Assembly (NCBI GenBank): GCA_030141605.1
Contig: JAQGDQ010000337.1
Coordinates: forward strand, 62,001-126,000
Reading direction: 5' to 3'
Length of the DNA stretch: 64,000 nt
DNA from: Tubiluchus corallicola
Taxonomy: Eukaryota > Animalia > Priapulida
Made by a program: the position numbers and the translations under genes. Positions 54,801-60,800 of this stretch are shown here, piece after piece (position 1 is the stretch's first letter; each line of letters opens with the position of its first letter). Under the pieces are notes generated by a model, which was not told the DNA's origin, did not search any database, and saw only the letters and a program-made list of their open reading frames with translations.

Positions 54801-57800
54801 TTAAAACTCTTGCCATTTCCACTGATAAACAAATTTTCTAATTATTCAAAAACTTGTGACATTTTTTGCAAAATGTCTAATTTATTTGTTGGCTAAAGTT
54901 TACAATTCTCACCACACAAGAAAGATTAGTTTGTGAAATGGATTAGAATTAGGGATAAGATTAGGATTGAGGTCAGGGCTAGGGTTGAGTTAAGGCTAGG
55001 GGTAGGGTTAGTGTATTTAAACTGTGTGGGGAACTGCAAGTTCCTTCCCGTTTATCTACATATTAGTATTTTACTGCAGAAATACTGCATAGGTAATTTC
55101 AGAAAAAAATTATTCATTTTTCACGTAAAGTTAATTCAGTATTAATCCTCTTTTCAGCACATGCCATAAGCTCTCCCGGTACTAAAGCAGTCATTTAACA
55201 TAAAAAAGCATAAAAAGTTCCTTTCACTCTTGCAAAAACCTTGTACAATATTTCACATATGGTTTTATTTTTGGCAAAACGATTAATTCCATATATGGTG
55301 TTCTTGCTAAATGAATAAATCCCAACTTTGGCTTTGCTAACTTTGCTAAAAGAACTGCAGCAAAGTAAGATTAGTGCAGATAATTCTTTTCAAACATGAT
55401 TTGCTGCATTTGTTAGGTGGTAGCTGCCATTCACTTTAAAATTATGATGTAACTGGCAGACTTTATGGGTTTTTGTAAGTGCATAATGGCTTTCCGTAAG
55501 CATTCCCTGATAGAAATTAGTGTGCCGCTTTTCTTCAGTTGATGAACGATGTTATTTGTGGAAAAACGAATGTTCAAAATGGGAGCACTCAAGCGGGAAA
55601 AATCATGACCTTTTGCGGAAACATCACCAATATTTACAACCAAATCATTAGTTCCTAAAGTGAACAATAAGACATACGTATGTGATTTAGGAATGCGAAG
55701 ACATGAATAGCTTCAGTACTAACCATTAATAAGGATACCCTACACAATTTTTTACTTACACAAAAGATTAGTGTAGATAATTCTTTTCAAACACGACTTG
55801 CTGCATTTGTTTCTCAAAGCTCAAAGATTTACAATAAAAAACGCATCAGGAAAAGGAAGCCATGATTTAAAGCCAAGTTTAAGATCACACAACTCATACT
55901 TGTCTGATGGAGCTTGCGGAGCACATTGGTACAGATTATCCAGTAACTCTTTAAACAGCGGAGCACTGACATCTCGAGCCTGGAATCGAGAACGGAGCGG
56001 TGGATCAAGTGGATTGCCACGGTAACGTGGAATGGGAAGTCCCAAAGCGATGACACGAAAATTCTCATCCACCTTGACAAGTTTCCATGCGTCGAGTTCG
56101 CTTTGCGAGTGTTCCTGATATAAATAAAGACTGATTGAATTAAACCTGAATGTTTTTATAATAAATGAAACTTTTTAACTAAATGCGATGCAAAAGTTGG
56201 ACAAATGAGCATGGAGAAGATAACAAGAGTAGGCCAGTCACACTAAGTTGCAAATACGAATAAAATTTTGTTTAATACAGATAATATAATAGTTACATTT
56301 CAAGATTTTTTGCTAATTGCAAAACAAATCCCAAGTTAATAATTATAAGCAAAACTTAACTCTAGTCAATAACAAACAAAGGCAAAAAATGCTAAAAAAC
56401 TTAAACCGAACTTGGGTTTGAACAAGAAACTGTTGAAATACAAACCCAACAATTTACTAGGTAATGCAGTCCCTTGACACTAATCATTTTAATAACTCAG
56501 TAATTGTTGCACAAAGCACTTGTAATTGTAGCACAAAGTACTTGTAGCACTTGTAATTGTAGCACAAAGTACTTGTAGCACAAGGTACTTGTAGCACTTG
56601 TAATTGTAGCACAAGGTACTTGTAGCACAAGGTACTTGTAGCACAAGGTACTTGTAGCACTTGTAATTGTAGCACAAGGTACTTGTAGCGCAAAGTACTT
56701 GTTGCACTTGTAATTGTTGCACAACGTACTGGAAGAAATCTGTTCCGGGAAGTGAATTTTTAAGGCAAAGTAATTTAACAAACTCTTTCATAATTTACCT
56801 TGAGCAATTTCTCATATCTGTCAGCTGCTATCAGAAATCGTCCATCGTCCAGCAGCATTTCCCGGTTTTCCAGGAGATTATTCAAAACGGGAAGAACGTT
56901 CCGCTCGGCTTTCTCGATGCCTTCCAGCACCAGCACACGACCATGTATGGCAGCTTTTACTGCACACTGAAAATGTAAAATAAACTCATTATCTAAATAT
57001 GAATGACCGTGCTGTCTTTGCAGTTACGTGACAGATTTCTTGTTCTTAAAGGAAAGGACAAGTCACTTAGCTCAGTGGGTTGATTTTAATGCTGTCGCTT
57101 AAACTTAGAAATATATAATAAAGAAAATTGCAAAAAACTGTCTATAAAGCGTAAAGATAATTTATTCTAAAGTCGTAAAGAAATTTTCAGGAGTCGTGGT
57201 AGCTGCCATTCACTTTAAAATTATGACGTAACTGGTGGACTTCGTAAATTTTCGTAAGTGTGCTGATTAAACTATTTCAGACTTCTGTACCACCCTCATA
57301 TTAACGCAAAAATGTCGCAAAATTGGCTTTATAGTTATCTGTAAAAACTTATTGTACATTTTGGAATGCATAATGGCTTTCCGTAAGCATTCTCTGATAG
57401 AAATTAGTGTGCCGCTTTTCTTCAGTCGACGGAACGATGTTATTGGTGGAAAAATGAATGTGCAAAATGGGAGCATCAAAGCGTCAAAAAATCATGACCT
57501 TAAAACCGATTTTACTAATTTGACGAAATGCATATCACATTTTTATCACTCAATCCTTCTAACGTTTTTCGCAAACATCAAAATAAACGTAACTTCGTAG
57601 AAGATCTGGCCATTTTGAATAAGTCTTCCAAGAAAATCAGAAGAACGATTTCCTTACTAAATTTAACAAAGAAATCTGGCCTGTTATTAACTAAATGAAC
57701 GCTACTTGCATTCTGGCTGTACTTTGCCAGTGTCAGCAAGCACAGGCAAATATTTACAAGATATTTTTTTATAGTATTTTACTTTGAAGCCACTACTAAC

Positions 57801-60800
57801 TGTTTTTTATGTTTAACTGTTTAAACGATTATTATAGGTGGTTACTAATTGGCTTGGTTTATAATAATTATTTAAATCATTGTAGTAATTAAAATGCCGG
57901 GGAATCAATTAGCCAGAAGTTAAATGCAAAATTTGATTAAAATTGTCGAAAAAGCCATATTAGACCTATTTAAAACATGAACTCACTAACATAACATACT
58001 AATGAGCACAGGGTAAAGTTTCTCATACTACAAAAAATCCTATTTATATGTAATTTATACCTCCAGAAAATGTGTACCAGTACTCTTGAGTATTCATTTG
58101 AATTACACCTGAATACTACAAATGAATACAAATTCAAATACAAACTAATTCTACTATTTACAGCAGTAAATAGTATACTAGAGATAATAAATAAAAATGA
58201 ACAAGAAACTACAAAAAAATTTTGAAATTGCAAGAATTCTTAACACATGACTTCTCTCTAACGATTTTTCGTTCGTCTTCTTAAAATTTTTTATTTTGGA
58301 ATCATTTATTTAATCAATTCAATTCAATTCAATTTATTCGTCTCTTTTACATGATATAACAATATACAATATTTACATGAGAATAATACTACTATGATAA
58401 TTGAGACAGGGTGGCGAAAGACCAAGCGGTCACCTAGGAGCCACCCTACTTGTGCAACATTAAGTATGGTTAATCACGTGACACTAGAAATTGCTCTGCT
58501 TAAGGCAGTATGTCGTATTTTACTTAAAAAAGTGCAATTTGAACGACAAGTAAAATTTCCAAACTCTGAAACTTTTATACGGTGATTAGACTGTTAACAT
58601 TGTGTTTTGAACAGCAAAATAACCTATAAATGATCAAATGTCACAAGTTTACAAATTATGATAAACTGTATGGTCAGACAGGCATGTGCACATAATTTAA
58701 AATTATCCTGAATTTTAAATTAAAAACAAGAAAAATCTACACAGTTTCCAATTTGTCAAACTTGTAATGGATATTGTTTTTATAATGCTCAATTAAAAAT
58801 GCCATATTAGTGGACAATAAGGTAATCAAATTGCGAGATCTCTCATTGTAAATAAACGATCGTGTATGTTCGTACAGGTGCAAAGTTCGGCTAGGGTTCA
58901 GGTACAGTAGTGAGAAGTTCATAGGTCTATAATTAGTGACAGACACACACATGTAAGATTACATGCTTGTAATACATACAGAGTTCAAAGCTACAAAAAA
59001 TAATGACAAGATGAAGGATGATTTTAAACTGATGTTGACTTAACATTGTAATTGCCTAATGAAAATTAAAAATTTAATTGCAAGTTGTACAAACTCAAAA
59101 GATTTTCAATTTTAAAACTAAAATTGTTGAATTAAAATCTTAGATCTTATTCAAGTATACTACAAGTGATGTAGGGACAGCTTTATCGAAGTATAAAACA
59201 CTAATTTTTATAGTTCTACCATGTTTTGATTCCACAGTTTGAATAGTGCACTTTGTATAAAAGTTTTATCCTACTCCTATCTGCTACATGTTGTGCACAT
59301 AGGATACCTGATCTATATGATAGGCCGTTCCTTGTTGTATCTCACGTCGCTGTTTAAGATCATTTTCTGTTGTATCACGAGACAGTGCTATGTATTCCAC
59401 TTCCTTTTTCATGAGTTCCTACAAAAACAATTAATAACATTTTTTAATTTAGTTTTTTTACACAATTTTGCATTCTGTAGGCTGGAACCCAGCACTGAGC
59501 GACAGAACCGAAATCAAGCTTGATACGAGATAAAGAGCCTCAGGCAGCATGAAAATGAAGCCATATAGAACCGATGGTCATCCATTCATTGACTAGCCAG
59601 GTCGAGTGTTGCACCACTTTAGTTACTAAACAGATCCGGTGATCACTCACCTATTTCAATCGCCACAAATGCAGTAAACACATGACACAAAAAACTCAAA
59701 CAACTATTTTTTGCATAATAATAATAACCAAGTGCATTTCTACCAAGGTTTCACAAACTATCGTACAATGTATACTTCCATCTAATTTCACAATGACTTT
59801 AAACACTGCTCAAACACAAAGCAGTACCTTTCCATCTAATTATTATGGATTGACCTAGTCCAGTTTAATTTAAATGGTGACTGAAACAAATCACCCAAGG
59901 GAGTTAAATCTAAAATCACTAGGTGCGGGGATATTCATACGCGATGTCACCAAGGTACCGTATTTTCCCGTGTATAAGAGACCCTTTTTTGCTCAGAATT
60001 TTCACTTTAAAAATAGGGGGTCTCTTATACATGGGAGTAAGTCTTTTCAATAAGATGCATAAATTGTGACACTAATGATTTTAAAGAAATAAGTGCTCTA
60101 CAACTGTTTTATTTCGAATAATTATAGTTTCCTTTCAATAAATATTCTCCATGGCTAAATTCTAATGATAAAATTAATGTACCGGGTATATTATTATTTT
60201 TGTAAATGTCTCTTTGGTATTGGAGAGAAATCGATTGTTCTGCAGACAATCAACGCATCTGCATAAGCTCTCTGCATGCCCGTCGACGTCATTGATATGT
60301 CGGCAGAGGTCAACGAGATGAGTCAGCCTAAGCAAGGCATGTCGCGTTCGACTATGAAGCGGTTGTAAGCAATACAAGCATCGTGACACAGGCATTATCT
60401 CCTGTGTTCTATATCTCTTTTTCAGTGTTGTAGTCTACCCTCTAAAAATGTCCGAAATTAAAAAACGTGCTTCTTATCCTGCAAATTTCAAACCAAAAGT
60501 CATTCAATTTGCTGAAGAGCAAGGGAGTTTGGATCTTTCCTTATGCTTGGGTGATTGGGTTGTGGCGGAAAAAAAAAGAACATATTTCCCAGCTTCCAAG
60601 GACAAAGAGGGCCACGCGAGGAAAAACTGCGACTTGGCCAAACCTGGAGAAGTCACTGAAAGTGTGGGTCCAATCTCAGAGGATGAGTGGATTGTCAGTG
60701 TCTACAAAGATGATCATGGACCAAGGGAGGAGGATTGCTAGAGAGATGGTGGAGAGCAATGAGAACGGAGAAGAGACAGCCAACTTCAAAGGTACACCCA

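Noticed and set aside
54945-55010. Telomere-like TTAGGG tract
   Set aside because: Highly degenerate and short; better explained as part of a Helitron-like repeat.
56484-56791. Cys/Tyr-rich repetitive ORFs
   Set aside because: Produced by the intronic minisatellite.
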